Shown here piece by piece: positions 11,410 to 22,191 of a stretch of DNA of 64,000 nucleotides. A program made the position numbers and the translations under genes. How positions within the stretch are numbered: the first letter of the stretch is position 1; every line of letters starts with the position of its first letter. The notes under the pieces were generated by a model, which worked only from the letters and a program-made list of their open reading frames with translations, did not search any database and was not told where the DNA came from. The stretch is from TPA_inf: Saccharomyces (taxonomy: Eukaryota), in NCBI GenBank assembly GCA_000146045.2, contig BK006949.2, positions 128,001 through 192,000 on the forward strand. Reading direction: 5' to 3'.

Positions 11410-11619
11410 TTGACGTATACATCTATACCCTTTATATGACATTCACATGAATTCAACAGCTTTGTAATAATCAACAAAATTGCATAGGATGCCACCTCAT
11501 AACTTTTGAGCACAGCATTTCCGCGATCATAGTATATTTTAGACTCTAAGATTGAATAAAAGTATGATACATCTTAAGTATACATATATATATGTATATA
11601 TATATATATACATGAAAGT

Positions 11620-14600
11620 TTACCTCCTCATCTTACGTGGACGAGATTCATCGTCACCGCCCATAGTTGTTCTTTTACCATTCTGGGCGAAGTATTCTTT
11701 CTTTTTCTCCTTATCCCTTTGTGATTTTTCTTCCTCCATCTTAGCTAATTTTTTCAATCTTTCCTTACGTTGACTAGCCTTCTGTTCCTTCCTCTTGCTG
11801 TCTTTGGCTTTCGAAATCGTCAATACTTTTTGAATGAATGATCTTGCCTTCTTTTCATCACCACCTAGCACCACGGCTCTTTTAGCCATATATGTTTTCT
11901 TCTTTTGTGGTTTCATTTGATGGATCTGAGATTTGAATGGCAATTCCTTTTGAACAGCTTTTGGGACCTTTAGACCATTGAAGTGTCTTTCTACACGTTC
12001 TATTTTATGATATGCACTGTCCGGATTCGACGGTGTTTCCAGGTTCATAGCCGCTCTTATTTGGCCTGTCAATCTTAAACCTTTCCACTCGGTTTTTTCC
12101 TTCAACAATAGTGAGGTAACAGGATTATAGAATTTCTTGACGCGGACAGGATACCATGATCTTAGAATTACAATATCACTCATTAGGATTTTATCCTCAA
12201 AGGCTGCCCTATAGTGACCCTCAGGCTTTGAAAGTGCCCTTTTGATTTCACCACGGATACCCGAGACAGTTTTGATCTGCGCACCCTCAAACCTTGCAAC
12301 TTCCATAGCACTTGAAAACATGTCCTTTATAAAGGCAGTATTTTTGAAAATTTTATATGGAAACCCAACTAATTTTAACTTTTTAACAATTTCAATATTA
12401 ACGTCTATCTCTTCAACGATACCTGTTGCTGCAATTCTAAAACCGTTCCCGGTATCACTATTAGCAACAATTTGAACACCACAAAAAGGTGTGTTTGGAG
12501 AACATAAGGGACCGTAGAAAGCCGCATTACAATATGTGTGTTCTGGTGTATACTTTAGCATTCTGGTTCTTGTTCTAGAGTCAGTTGTTGTATAAATTGG
12601 TAAAGTTTGGAACCTTCTCCAACCCAAAGACAAGACCAGTGGGTCATTTGTCTTCAAAATCTTCTTATGCCAACGATGTCTTCTCAACCTGGCTTTGACA
12701 ATACCGAACTTTATTTCGGTCGGCAATAAACCACCCATAACAATTGGAAATTTTGGATTGAAATTCTTGACAAATTCCATTGGGACTTTTTCGAAAACGA
12801 TACGTACATAAGAACCAGCTTTGAAACCTTCGATTCTTTGACGTTGTTCTGGAGTCATTTCTTGATATTCTATATTGTTAATTTCTAACTGTTTAGATAT
12901 CTTGGCCTTCTGTAGTTCATACCATGTATCATATTCATTGTTTTCATCATCTTCTTTAAAGTTTTCACCTTCTTCTATCTCGAATTGTGCACGTAGTTTT
13001 TCCTTCTTTGCAGCATTCATTTCTCTTTCTTGCTCCATGGTTAAGTCCTTTTTTTCCTCCGCATCAAAATTAGTGAATGAATTATCATCATCTCCATTAG
13101 TGTCTTCGTTTTCATCCTCATCCTCACTTTCTTTGTCACTATTGTCTTCTGCTTGTTCAGAAGGGTTTCCATCTTCTAGATCTTCAAAATCGCCGTATAG
13201 TTCTTCCCCACCTTCATTAGAGTCACTTTTCGTTTTATTATCATTACCTAAAATGCCTGCGCCGAGGAATCGCTCTTTGATTGCATCAACGCTTTTCCAT
13301 TTTTTAGCCAATTTTTCGAAAGTGTCGAAATATGGAACAAACTTTTCCAAATCAACTGCATGGTCTTTATTGCCCTCTTTTGTAACAGTACCATCTTTTT
13401 TCCTGAAGAAGTCATCATCAACATCTTCTTCAATGTCACTTTCGTCTTTACTATCGTCGTCCTCGCCCCTCCACCTTCTTATACATTCTTCAGGTGAAAT
13501 GTTGTCCATGTATATCAGCTTACCGATATTCCAGGTCCTTTTCTTACTTTCAGTTTTCTTCAGCTTGTTTGCCGCTGTTCTTTCCCAGGAAAACTCATCT
13601 TCACTCTCTTCAAATTCAGAATCTGTTTCCAAAGCTAATTTTTCGGCACCCTGCTCACCGGTATTATTGAAATCGATTTCAACCATCCTTGGTTCGGAGT
13701 CCTGCACGTCGTCATCATTTGTATAAGGTTCTTCATCACTCGGTAAATTATCAATATCTGCGTCTTCTTCTTGAACTGGCTTACCATAAATTCTTGGTTT
13801 TCTTAAACTGGTTCTTCCCTTGCTCTTTCCTTCATCGTCCTCAATACTTTCTTCTCCACTTTCAACATCCATGCCTTCATGATCGGCAACTTCATGAAGC
13901 TCAGTGCCGTTGCTAAACAATTGCAAACCCACACCATCAAATTTCTCTGCAATACTTTGTTCAACACTTTGTAAACCCGTCATGAGTTTTTCTCCTTCAC
14001 CTCTTTCTTGGCCGGGAACAAAACTTGGCTCTTCATTTTTCTTTCCAATATCAATATAAACAGCATCCTTATCCATCAACACACCTCCGACATCGGACAT
14101 TGGAGCATATATCAATTTATCTTTATCATCTAACCTTTTACGTCTTCTTGTCGTAGAGGCAGTTGTAATTTCTCCGTTAGCCTTTGCCTCTTCTTTCATT
14201 TTTTCACGTTCAAAATCATCCAGTTTCTGTTGGTAAAAAGGTGTGGGACATGGATCTGGTAATTTTTCAATTTGTGCTACTGAGAAATCACCAACACCAG
14301 CAATATGCACCCTAGTGCCCGGAGCAGAAGGCAAAGGAGTACCGTGCAAATAACCATAGATAGCGACTTTGCGGTCGATTTGCAGTCCTTGAGTCTCTAT
14401 TAATTCCGGATGAGTTAAATCTGTGAATCTGTCAGCCAACATATAGGGATGTTCGTTCCTCCATTTTAATGGTCTGAATTTCATAACAGATATAAATCGT
14501 GAAAGGTTTAAAATCTCTCTATCAGGATACCTTCCATTAATCACACCAGATAGGTAAAATAATTTTGCACCTTGATAAACTTCCGTCCAGAATCTGTGCT

Positions 14601-15171
14601 TTAATCTTTTCTTAGAAGCTCTCAAAGTTGACTGAGATTTAAACAGATCAAGATGTGTAGCTACACCAAGTACTCTTGGCATACCGTGATGTTGAGCAAT
14701 ATTTAAGAATTCCATTGTTTCCATTTCAAAACCGAAATTACCGTCAATTAGTAAAAGAACCAAGTCGGCAATCTTAGCAATATCAATCATCGCATTCAGA
14801 TCGTCCGCAGGGCACTCCAAAAAAGTTAGTCTTCTATGTTTACCAGAGACAACAGTAATAGGACCTTGAATATCATTCAAAGTGCTTTTTGTCATTCTCC
14901 TGACGAGGGACCGAATCAAAGTAGTCTTTCCTGTTCCAGGTGGACCCACGACAGCGACGATAAATGGAGGCGGATCATCTTCAGGGGTACGATCAACCAT
15001 AGGAACATGCAGTTTTCTTTCGTTCACATCACTTGACCTTTGCATAGTTCTCGCCATCTTACCTGGGGCTGCCACGGCAAAGGCCTTTGCATTATGACCC
15101 TGCGTATGGAGCTTCTTTTTTGCTGTATTCTTCTCCTTCGCCTTACGGTGCTGTTTATTAGACTGCTCCAT
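11620..15171 (-). CDS. BMS1: Bms1, a GTPase for 40S ribosome biogenesis (1183 aa)
   Basis: A 1183-aa ORF with an N-terminal P-loop (VAVVGPPGTGKTT), a long acidic middle region and a basic C-terminus. It matches YPL217C. Confidence 0.88.
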   Translation of the reverse strand: MEQSNKQHRKAKEKNTAKKKLHTQGHNAKAFAVAAPGKMARTMQRSSDVNERKLHVPMVDRTPEDDPPPFIVAVVGPPGTGKTTLIRSLVRRMTKSTLNDIQGPITVVSGKHRRLTFLECPADDLNAMIDIAKIADLVLLLIDGNFGFEMETMEFLNIAQHHGMPRVLGVATHLDLFKSQSTLRASKKRLKHRFWTEVYQGAKLFYLSGVINGRYPDREILNLSRFISVMKFRPLKWRNEHPYMLADRFTDLTHPELIETQGLQIDRKVAIYGYLHGTPLPSAPGTRVHIAGVGDFSVAQIEKLPDPCPTPFYQQKLDDFEREKMKEEAKANGEITTASTTRRRKRLDDKDKLIYAPMSDVGGVLMDKDAVYIDIGKKNEEPSFVPGQERGEGEKLMTGLQSVEQSIAEKFDGVGLQLFSNGTELHEVADHEGMDVESGEESIEDDEGKSKGRTSLRKPRIYGKPVQEEDADIDNLPSDEEPYTNDDDVQDSEPRMVEIDFNNTGEQGAEKLALETDSEFEESEDEFSWERTAANKLKKTESKKRTWNIGKLIYMDNISPEECIRRWRGEDDDSKDESDIEEDVDDDFFRKKDGTVTKEGNKDHAVDLEKFVPYFDTFEKLAKKWKSVDAIKERFLGAGILGNDNKTKSDSNEGGEELYGDFEDLEDGNPSEQAEDNSDKESEDEDENEDTNGDDDNSFTNFDAEEKKDLTMEQEREMNAAKKEKLRAQFEIEEGENFKEDDENNEYDTWYELQKAKISKQLEINNIEYQEMTPEQRQRIEGFKAGSYVRIVFEKVPMEFVKNFNPKFPIVMGGLLPTEIKFGIVKARLRRHRWHKKILKTNDPLVLSLGWRRFQTLPIYTTTDSRTRTRMLKYTPEHTYCNAAFYGPLCSPNTPFCGVQIVANSDTGNGFRIAATGIVEEIDVNIEIVKKLKLVGFPYKIFKNTAFIKDMFSSAMEVARFEGAQIKTVSGIRGEIKRALSKPEGHYRAAFEDKILMSDIVILRSWYPVRVKKFYNPVTSLLLKEKTEWKGLRLTGQIRAAMNLETPSNPDSAYHKIERVERHFNGLKVPKAVQKELPFKSQIHQMKPQKKKTYMAKRAVVLGGDEKKARSFIQKVLTISKAKDSKRKEQKASQRKERLKKLAKMEEEKSQRDKEKKKEYFAQNGKRTTMGGDDESRPRKMRR

Positions 15172-15270
15172 CGTTTCAGATAACTCAGATGGCTGATTAA
15201 AGGCTACTATTATGTGATATTTTTACCTTAACAGCGCAAATACTTTCCTTAATTTTGAAGCTTCACTTCA

Positions 15271-15292
15271 GCTCATCGCCTTGAAAATTTTT
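15271..15292 (-). promoter_or_regulatory. PAC (GCGATGAGC) plus RRPE (AAAAATTTTCAA) ribosome-biogenesis promoter elements upstream of BMS1
   Basis: The plus strand reads gctcatcgcc ttgaaaattttt. In the BMS1 sense this gives RRPE then PAC, about 100–120 bp upstream of the ATG, which is the canonical Ribi arrangement. Confidence 0.6.
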
Positions 15293-15820
15293 CATTTGTA
15301 CGGACATTAAACTTAGGCGATAACAAAAAAAAAACTTCATCTAGATAATCTCAACTTTGAAATTACAGAAATATTTACAACAGTAGTACGAGTATCTGCA
15401 CTATGGCTCACATGTCCTTAAAATAATCTAAGCTTACCTATCTGATATTTGTTTTGATATTGTTTAGGACCAGCAGTTTCTGAGAGTTTAGCAAATGCAC
15501 CTTTACAGCTATCCTCAACTTTTGGAAGAGAAAGTGACAAGATATGTAACAATACTTGCATGAATCGACATTTGTTTACTTTGGTCCATTTTGTATATGA
15601 TAGTGTGATTTAGCGATATGGAATTATGTGTATTTTTCTATTTGTTGTCATTTCAATATGGGATGACTTGTTTTCTTGTAACGCGCCACTTCAATAGTAA
15701 ACATTATGAACCTGATAAATGTTAGCAGACTTAGTAAGAGAGACAATCATTTTCATTCAGTAAAAATCGCAATCCCTAGTTTGGCTCTTCTTCTAGCCGT
15801 ACTTTAAATTCAAAGCAAAA

Positions 15821-18800
15821 ATGGTTCTGCTTAACAGAAGGAAAATACAACCTAAGGAAATAGGACAGTCTGCTGATTCCTTCTCTGAAACTCCATGGGT
15901 GATTAAAGAAAGTAGCGAGCGTATAAATGATTATGACAGTGATTTAAAAAAGCTAGATTTTTACAAAAGGGATATATTCACCTGTGAGATTAGTGGAAAA
16001 GATGGCCTTTCGTATTTCAAGGCGTTAAAAAGCGAAGAACAGCACCGTGAAAAGGTCAGATATCTTTTACCAAAAGAACTAAGGAAGGCTATAGCAAATT
16101 TCGCAAACTTCAGTCCGATAAGGAAGGTAGGACACCTTGTAGAAAGCGCATTTCAGCGTTTTAGTAACCGTTTCTTTATAGGCGATACGGTGTGCTTGAA
16201 AACTATCCAAAAAAATGCATTGATTACCTATAAAGAAGGAGAGCCTAACTTGGTAGAATCACCAACTATTGAAAACAATGTCACGTTGTTCCTTGTCAAG
16301 GATGTGTTTCAATCTAACGGGATGATGGAAAGTGAAAAGGGAGAAATTTCTGCCCCAAAATTGTCACTGTATTTAATCACAGAATGCCTGAATCGAGAAT
16401 CTAAAGGTGCGGCCCTAATTGTAGGCCAGAATGAAATTAAAAGGCCAGAATCACACTTTTCTAAATTCATAATTGCGTGTTTTCTTAATGAAATACTCAT
16501 AAAAGTATCGAATAAGGAGCACGCACCATGGAGGGTGAAACAAGAATATATAGAAAGATATGATGTAAACCCTAAATGCTCTCCTAATATGATTGATTAT
16601 TTGCCGGATAGAATGAACTCATCTTCTTCCGAGCTTTACACTCCTCTTACTATACCACCAGAGAGCGATGTTGAACCTGCTGACTGGAAGGAAACGTCGG
16701 AAACGTCGGAAACGTCGGAAACGTCACTATCTAAAATAAAAGCAATTGACGACGAGATTTCAGTCTCATTTGACCACATTTACGATAATGTGAACTCCCT
16801 TGCCTACAATGATTTGAAGGGAACCGTCGACGACAAGGAGCTTCCATTCACTGGGCCTTCGATACCATTTGAAAATATCAGCTACTTAGATAGCTCCTTA
16901 GAATATAAGAATATCGATCAAAAATGGTTCAAAGAGTGCAGTCAATTTCCAACGGAACGACTATTGGTTGTTTATCAATTCCTGAGCTTTTTTGGACGTT
17001 TTATTGGTCTATCACATTTTAATTTTGATCAGTTCCTTACTACTATCAAGTGTACTAGTCCGGAGGCTTTAGTAGATGAATATGTCAAAATAAACTTTCT
17101 TAAAACTTACAACAGCAAAGGGAGTTTCACAAATGAGAAGCCAAGAAACGAAATATATAATCAAGTGACCAGTAGTAACGTATCCCAGCGTGAGAAGGCT
17201 AACGTCTTTAATGCAGATGAGAGTCAACGAATACCTAGCAATTTCACCAGAAACCAGAAAATGAGGAAATTTATAACGGATAAAAGTACTGAATTTGTAA
17301 TGTATTCCATTTTTAAAGGGAAGCCTCTAAAAAATGACGATATGGAGTTTCAATCGTACGAAAAAGTGAATATACTTTACATTGATATAGTTTGCTCGTT
17401 AATGTGTCTGATGACGGATAATGAACCTGATTGGAATTGTAATCTGATGGACAATTGGACTGAAGAAAAGCGAAAGGAGGAAGGAAATAAAACAGAAATT
17501 GATATAGCTATAGAAAAGTGTTTGAACTATGGAGATACTAGCTGGGTTAAACTTTTGCACAATAAAAACTTTAGCAACGGCAATTGGTTGATCTGTCTCC
17601 TTGGAATCTTGCAACAGAATACACATATGATAGCATATAGTGATGTCGCAAAATGTATCACAAAAAAAATACTACCTTTATCCATGAATTTTGTAAATTT
17701 AGGTGATGAGCTCTGGGATAACTTTCGCAAGAGATTATCTATAAAAGATAAAATTGATGTTTTATGGGTTCTCGTAGATTTTGCGTCCAATTTCTCGAGT
17801 TATATTAAGGAGTTGGTAGATAAAGTACCAAAACTGTGCAATGGAATCCGCTTAAAGTTGGATAGTGCAAAAAAAGAGTATATCAAATTGAAACGGCAAC
17901 TAAAAACGTTAACCAAAAATCGCGTGAAGCTTCACAGCAACGTTTCAATGAACCGATATGGATCAGATGAATGTAAAGGTAAGGTCAATGCCCTTAAAGT
18001 GAAAATTGCATACTTAATGGAAGATATCGCCTTCCTAGAGGCAAAATTGATTCAGAGCGATATCAAGAGACTAGAGATTTTGGGTAAAGATAGAAATGGA
18101 AATCGATATTATTGGATGGACTCAAATGGATCGTCATCAGCCATCAGTGAAAAAAATGAGGAACTTTACAACTGCTGTTTTTTGTGGGTTCAAGGACCCT
18201 CTGAAGCGGATATAAACTTTTGCTTAGATGTCGACGTCGAATCTTTGAAAAAATGGGAGTTGTTAGCTAAAGCAAAAGGTACTGCCTACGCGACAAAAGA
18301 AGTCTTTTCAATATTTAGGTCGACAGACGGGTCTTACTATCAAATTGCTCAAGGTGAGAATTTCATGATAATTAATTCAAACGGTATCTTAATGAGGCCA
18401 ACTATTCCGGCATTCATAGACAAAAAAATTATATCAGAAACTCCAGAAAAGCTCCTACTCTCTCATCATCAATGGGCTTTCTTCAACGATATAGAAGATA
18501 TACATATGTTAGTAGATAGGTTGGATGATTTAAGAGAAAATGAGGGACAATTGAAGAAAGCTTTGACATCCAAAATGGACCGTATTGAAGTATCATACAA
18601 GCAACAGTTCAAAATTAAAAGGCGTATTGAATGTGATGAAACCTTCAAAAAAAATCACAAACTTTTGAAAAATAACGAGTTCACGTTTCCTGAACTGAAA
18701 AGAATTGAGACAACTTGTACATCCAACGGCCAACATTTTTCCAACATGGAGAAAATTTCCAAAAAACTATCAAGGACAAAGAATGATCTCGTTTTGGAAG

Positions 18801-19129
18801 CGATTTTAAAAGACGTAGCTCACCTTGGAGAATGTGAAAGAGCACTTCTCAAAAAGCAACAAAATTTGATTTATCCTTTGAATTTTCATTTCGAACAATT
18901 GAGGACGATAGACCTCGAATTTATAGTTGAAACGAAAAGAAAAAGGCAAGAGGATATTCTTACGAAGCTTTTAAATCATCAGAGGTATAAGCATATTAGT
19001 CATGTTTCAGGCTATGGGATAAGTTCTCAACGAGTAGATAAAGCTGCACATCTTGATGTGCAGGGTATATTAGAGGAGATTGAATGTCAACTTATTTCAA
19101 GACGACGAGAGGATGAAGAACGCAACTAG
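15821..19129 (+). CDS. YPL216W: YPL216W, an Itc1-like ISWI-associated (WAC/DDT-type) protein of 1102 aa, not characterised
   Basis: A 1102-aa ORF in the expected position between BMS1 and CBP3. It contains an ETSETSETS tandem repeat. Confidence 0.75.
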   Translation: MVLLNRRKIQPKEIGQSADSFSETPWVIKESSERINDYDSDLKKLDFYKRDIFTCEISGKDGLSYFKALKSEEQHREKVRYLLPKELRKAIANFANFSPIRKVGHLVESAFQRFSNRFFIGDTVCLKTIQKNALITYKEGEPNLVESPTIENNVTLFLVKDVFQSNGMMESEKGEISAPKLSLYLITECLNRESKGAALIVGQNEIKRPESHFSKFIIACFLNEILIKVSNKEHAPWRVKQEYIERYDVNPKCSPNMIDYLPDRMNSSSSELYTPLTIPPESDVEPADWKETSETSETSETSLSKIKAIDDEISVSFDHIYDNVNSLAYNDLKGTVDDKELPFTGPSIPFENISYLDSSLEYKNIDQKWFKECSQFPTERLLVVYQFLSFFGRFIGLSHFNFDQFLTTIKCTSPEALVDEYVKINFLKTYNSKGSFTNEKPRNEIYNQVTSSNVSQREKANVFNADESQRIPSNFTRNQKMRKFITDKSTEFVMYSIFKGKPLKNDDMEFQSYEKVNILYIDIVCSLMCLMTDNEPDWNCNLMDNWTEEKRKEEGNKTEIDIAIEKCLNYGDTSWVKLLHNKNFSNGNWLICLLGILQQNTHMIAYSDVAKCITKKILPLSMNFVNLGDELWDNFRKRLSIKDKIDVLWVLVDFASNFSSYIKELVDKVPKLCNGIRLKLDSAKKEYIKLKRQLKTLTKNRVKLHSNVSMNRYGSDECKGKVNALKVKIAYLMEDIAFLEAKLIQSDIKRLEILGKDRNGNRYYWMDSNGSSSAISEKNEELYNCCFLWVQGPSEADINFCLDVDVESLKKWELLAKAKGTAYATKEVFSIFRSTDGSYYQIAQGENFMIINSNGILMRPTIPAFIDKKIISETPEKLLLSHHQWAFFNDIEDIHMLVDRLDDLRENEGQLKKALTSKMDRIEVSYKQQFKIKRRIECDETFKKNHKLLKNNEFTFPELKRIETTCTSNGQHFSNMEKISKKLSRTKNDLVLEAILKDVAHLGECERALLKKQQNLIYPLNFHFEQLRTIDLEFIVETKRKRQEDILTKLLNHQRYKHISHVSGYGISSQRVDKAAHLDVQGILEEIECQLISRRREDEERN
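16690..16725 (+). repeat. A 9-nt tandem repeat (GAAACGTCG) x4 inside the YPL216W CDS, encoding (ETS)4
   Basis: There are three perfect copies and a fourth with one mismatch. The repeat is in frame. Confidence 0.9.
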
Positions 19130-19415
19130 AAACAACTCTGCAGTTCAAATCACTCTTCCTGTATACGCCTTAGAAAGATATTAGAAATATCTTTTACTAT
19201 TTAATCTTCACCATTCATTATTCCTCGTATATAAATTGGCCCATTTCAGGGCGTCTGACTGGAGTTGTATTTAGGCTTTACCCGGCGTTCTTCTGAATTT
19301 ATAGCCAGCAAGGAAAACAACGTCAAAATTGGTCCTCGACTGACGCATTAGTAAGATTAATATTTAGCAAACACTATGATCTCCGTAACAATCTCTTCAG
19401 CTATTCCAACACTTG

Positions 19416-20423
19416 ATGATGTCAGTCAATAGATTTACTTCAGGTCGACTCCCTGTTTTCCTTAGAAAGTCCCCTTTTTACTACTCGAGAGCTTATTTGC
19501 ATCAAACATGTGTTTTCAAGCAAAATAAAGAAACTGCACAAGATTCGCCAGAGCTTTTAGCAAAAAGCTCACATCTGAATTCGAAACCACTAGATGTAAG
19601 CAATAAAGCACCAGTGAAAACTGCTCAGAATAAAATTCCTCTAGCTCATAGTAAATATGAATCGTCAAAGTACGAACTTCCCAAATGGAAAGAAGCCTTG
19701 GGTGAACTAGTAATTCGAGCATTTCATTTAGATATGGATAGAGTGAGGGCAGGGCCCGTTGCAGGATCTTACTATTATAAAATTTGTAAAGAGCAAGGTT
19801 TACAATACGAGGACGAGCCATTATCAGAAACTGCTAAATACTTTTACGAGGATTTGAAGCTACCACGTACTTTTTCACAATGGTTTCAAATCACTGTATT
19901 GCACGAGTGGATACTTTTTGTACGTATGAGAGCCATGCCTTTCAAATACGGCAGAAACTATCAGCAGAAATTGGTAGATAGAACATTTTCTGACATTGAG
20001 CTGAGATTATTCGAGGAAATGAAAGTTAATTCTGGTAGAATCGCAGATCAATATTTGAAAGATTTCAATACGCAATTAAGAGGAGCGATATTTGCATATG
20101 ATGAAGGATTTGCTACAGATGATGGTACACTTGCGACAGCTGTCTGGAGAAATCTTTTTGGTGGAAGAAAGAACATTGATATGGTTCATTTAGAGTCTGT
20201 TGTGAGATACATTTATTCTCAACTATATGTTCTAAGCAGGTTATCAGACAGAGAGTTTGCCACAGGTAAATTCAAGTTTGTTCCTCCTGGGGTGAAGGTC
20301 GAAAAACTGACACCAAAGCAAGAGGAAGAGTTGAAGGCCAAGACCATTGCAAAATATGAAGCTCTAGACAAGGATCCTAAAACCTTACCAAGCGAGAGAA
20401 GTAGGCTGTCATATACAAACTAA
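19416..20423 (+). CDS. CBP3: Cbp3, a mitochondrial cytochrome b translation/assembly factor (335 aa)
   Basis: The ORF track starts at the ATG one codon upstream (19413, MMMSV...). The recalled annotated length of 335 aa corresponds to the second ATG. Confidence 0.8.
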   Translation: MMSVNRFTSGRLPVFLRKSPFYYSRAYLHQTCVFKQNKETAQDSPELLAKSSHLNSKPLDVSNKAPVKTAQNKIPLAHSKYESSKYELPKWKEALGELVIRAFHLDMDRVRAGPVAGSYYYKICKEQGLQYEDEPLSETAKYFYEDLKLPRTFSQWFQITVLHEWILFVRMRAMPFKYGRNYQQKLVDRTFSDIELRLFEEMKVNSGRIADQYLKDFNTQLRGAIFAYDEGFATDDGTLATAVWRNLFGGRKNIDMVHLESVVRYIYSQLYVLSRLSDREFATGKFKFVPPGVKVEKLTPKQEEELKAKTIAKYEALDKDPKTLPSERSRLSYTN

Positions 20424-20568
20424 ACGAGCTAGTTTGTAACTTCAAAACTTATGAAAACACTTATTTATTCTTCAGATACTATCCGCACAAATTCCTTAAG
20501 TTTTTTCCAATTTTTTGGGCTTTCTTCCTTATTTAATCAGTTTATAAAATCATTACGTTGTAAATAGT

Positions 20569-22191
20569 TTATTTGAATTTCTTCAAAGAAGCGGACCACT
20601 TTTCTGGTTTATTTTCATGGAATAATTGATATAATGCGTCAATCAATTCGACATGGAATGAACCACTTCCTTGACAACGGGTGGAAGCCAACTTACCAGC
20701 TGATTTGTATAATAGGACAGCACCAACCACAGCATCAAACAGTTTTCCAGTGGAATCTAACCCACCGATAAAGGAAGCAATTGTAGAACCAAGTGAACAT
20801 CCACTTGCAGTGATGTCACCCATGATAGGAATTGGGCCATCTTCAATTATTACACATGGAAGATCTTCAGCGGTTATTCCTTCTGTTCCTGATGAAAGTT
20901 TGTATTCGCCTCCAAAAGTACCATCAGCAACGCAATCAAACTCACCCGTGCAAACAGCAACAGTCCTGTATTGGAATGCCACAATTTGTGTAGCGCGCAC
21001 AAGTGTGTCGATGTTCGTTTTGCCGCTGCTAGAGTCGACGCCCTTCATTTTATGGTTATTTAACTTGGCTAGAGACAGTATTTCACTGCAATTGCCCTTT
21101 ATACAAGCAAATTGGCCGTAAGTGAGCAAAGTGTTGTTTAGACAGAGCCTTGTTTCAGTGGCGCTGTACCCGACCGGGTCAAAGGTGATGGGTCTATTTA
21201 CTTCATTATAAGCATTAATTGCGGCTTTTAGCATTTCAATAGGTGCCACTGATCCGGTATTTAACAGTAAAGAAGCATTTGGGATTCTTGCTAGTTCAGA
21301 TACTTCACTTTCAATTTCAGACATGATAGGAGATGAGCCTAAAGCTAGAGTGACATTGGCACCAAAATTTTGATGAACCTTATTGGTGATATGTTGCACT
21401 AATGGACGATTGTTTGATACTTGAGATATAACGTTTTGAATTGAAGTTGTGGTCGGAAATGTATTATTTAACTCGCACTCAACAAATTGGTATCTGGTAG
21501 CATCTAACAAGCCTCTCAACCTCTTGGTTGCTGCACATGCATCTGGAGCGGCCATAATATCGCTGACTAGAGAGATACCATCCAACGATCTCTTTCCATT
21601 TGAAGCAACACATTGACAAAGCACACGTTGAATATTGTCAGGATGAAGACCACCAATACCAACGGTTCTACACCATGTAGCTTTAAATTCCTCCAAAGCA
21701 TCCAAAATGGCAATGGCGCCTTGAGGACCCATGGGTGATTTCTTAGGATTTTTCTTTGTTGATGTAGGGAAAAGAGTACCAACACCAATATAATCTACCA
21801 TATCTGGCCCCCATTTAGCCAATGTCTCTACCTCCGAAGGTTTACCAACACTCCATCCAAGAATTTTAGAAGGGCCCAAAAGTTTTCTTACCATTGGGAT
21901 TGGCATATCGTCCTGGCCCACATGAACCCCATCGGCGTCAATTGCCATAGCGACGTCTATACGGTCATTGATAATAAGTGGAACATTGTACTTCTTACAT
22001 ATTTTTTGAACTTCTAAAGCCTCTGCAACGAAATTTTTTGTTTCAATATCCTTTTCACGGATTTGAACTAGCGTTACACCATTTTTCAACCCAGCTTCAA
22101 CCTGAGAACATAAAGTAGTTCCCGGTGGAAGCATGGTAGAATCTGTAACCAGATATAATGAGTAATCAACTTCTTCCTTAGTAAATACCAT
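20569..22191 (-). CDS. THI6: Thi6, bifunctional thiamine-phosphate pyrophosphorylase / hydroxyethylthiazole kinase (540 aa)
   Basis: The ORF track gives 568 aa. The recalled Thi6 N-terminus MVFTKEEVDYSLYLVTDSTML corresponds to the internal Met, 28 codons downstream of the first ATG. Confidence 0.8.
   Translation of the reverse strand: MVFTKEEVDYSLYLVTDSTMLPPGTTLCSQVEAGLKNGVTLVQIREKDIETKNFVAEALEVQKICKKYNVPLIINDRIDVAMAIDADGVHVGQDDMPIPMVRKLLGPSKILGWSVGKPSEVETLAKWGPDMVDYIGVGTLFPTSTKKNPKKSPMGPQGAIAILDALEEFKATWCRTVGIGGLHPDNIQRVLCQCVASNGKRSLDGISLVSDIMAAPDACAATKRLRGLLDATRYQFVECELNNTFPTTTSIQNVISQVSNNRPLVQHITNKVHQNFGANVTLALGSSPIMSEIESEVSELARIPNASLLLNTGSVAPIEMLKAAINAYNEVNRPITFDPVGYSATETRLCLNNTLLTYGQFACIKGNCSEILSLAKLNNHKMKGVDSSSGKTNIDTLVRATQIVAFQYRTVAVCTGEFDCVADGTFGGEYKLSSGTEGITAEDLPCVIIEDGPIPIMGDITASGCSLGSTIASFIGGLDSTGKLFDAVVGAVLLYKSAGKLASTRCQGSGSFHVELIDALYQLFHENKPEKWSASLKKFK

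Noticed and set aside
12875-13726. A 283-aa Ser-rich plus-strand ORF (and others) antisense to BMS1
   Set aside because: This is the mirror image of the GAA/GAT-rich acidic coding region of BMS1, which reads as TTC/ATC on this strand. It has low complexity and no start context, and it lies inside a well-supported gene.
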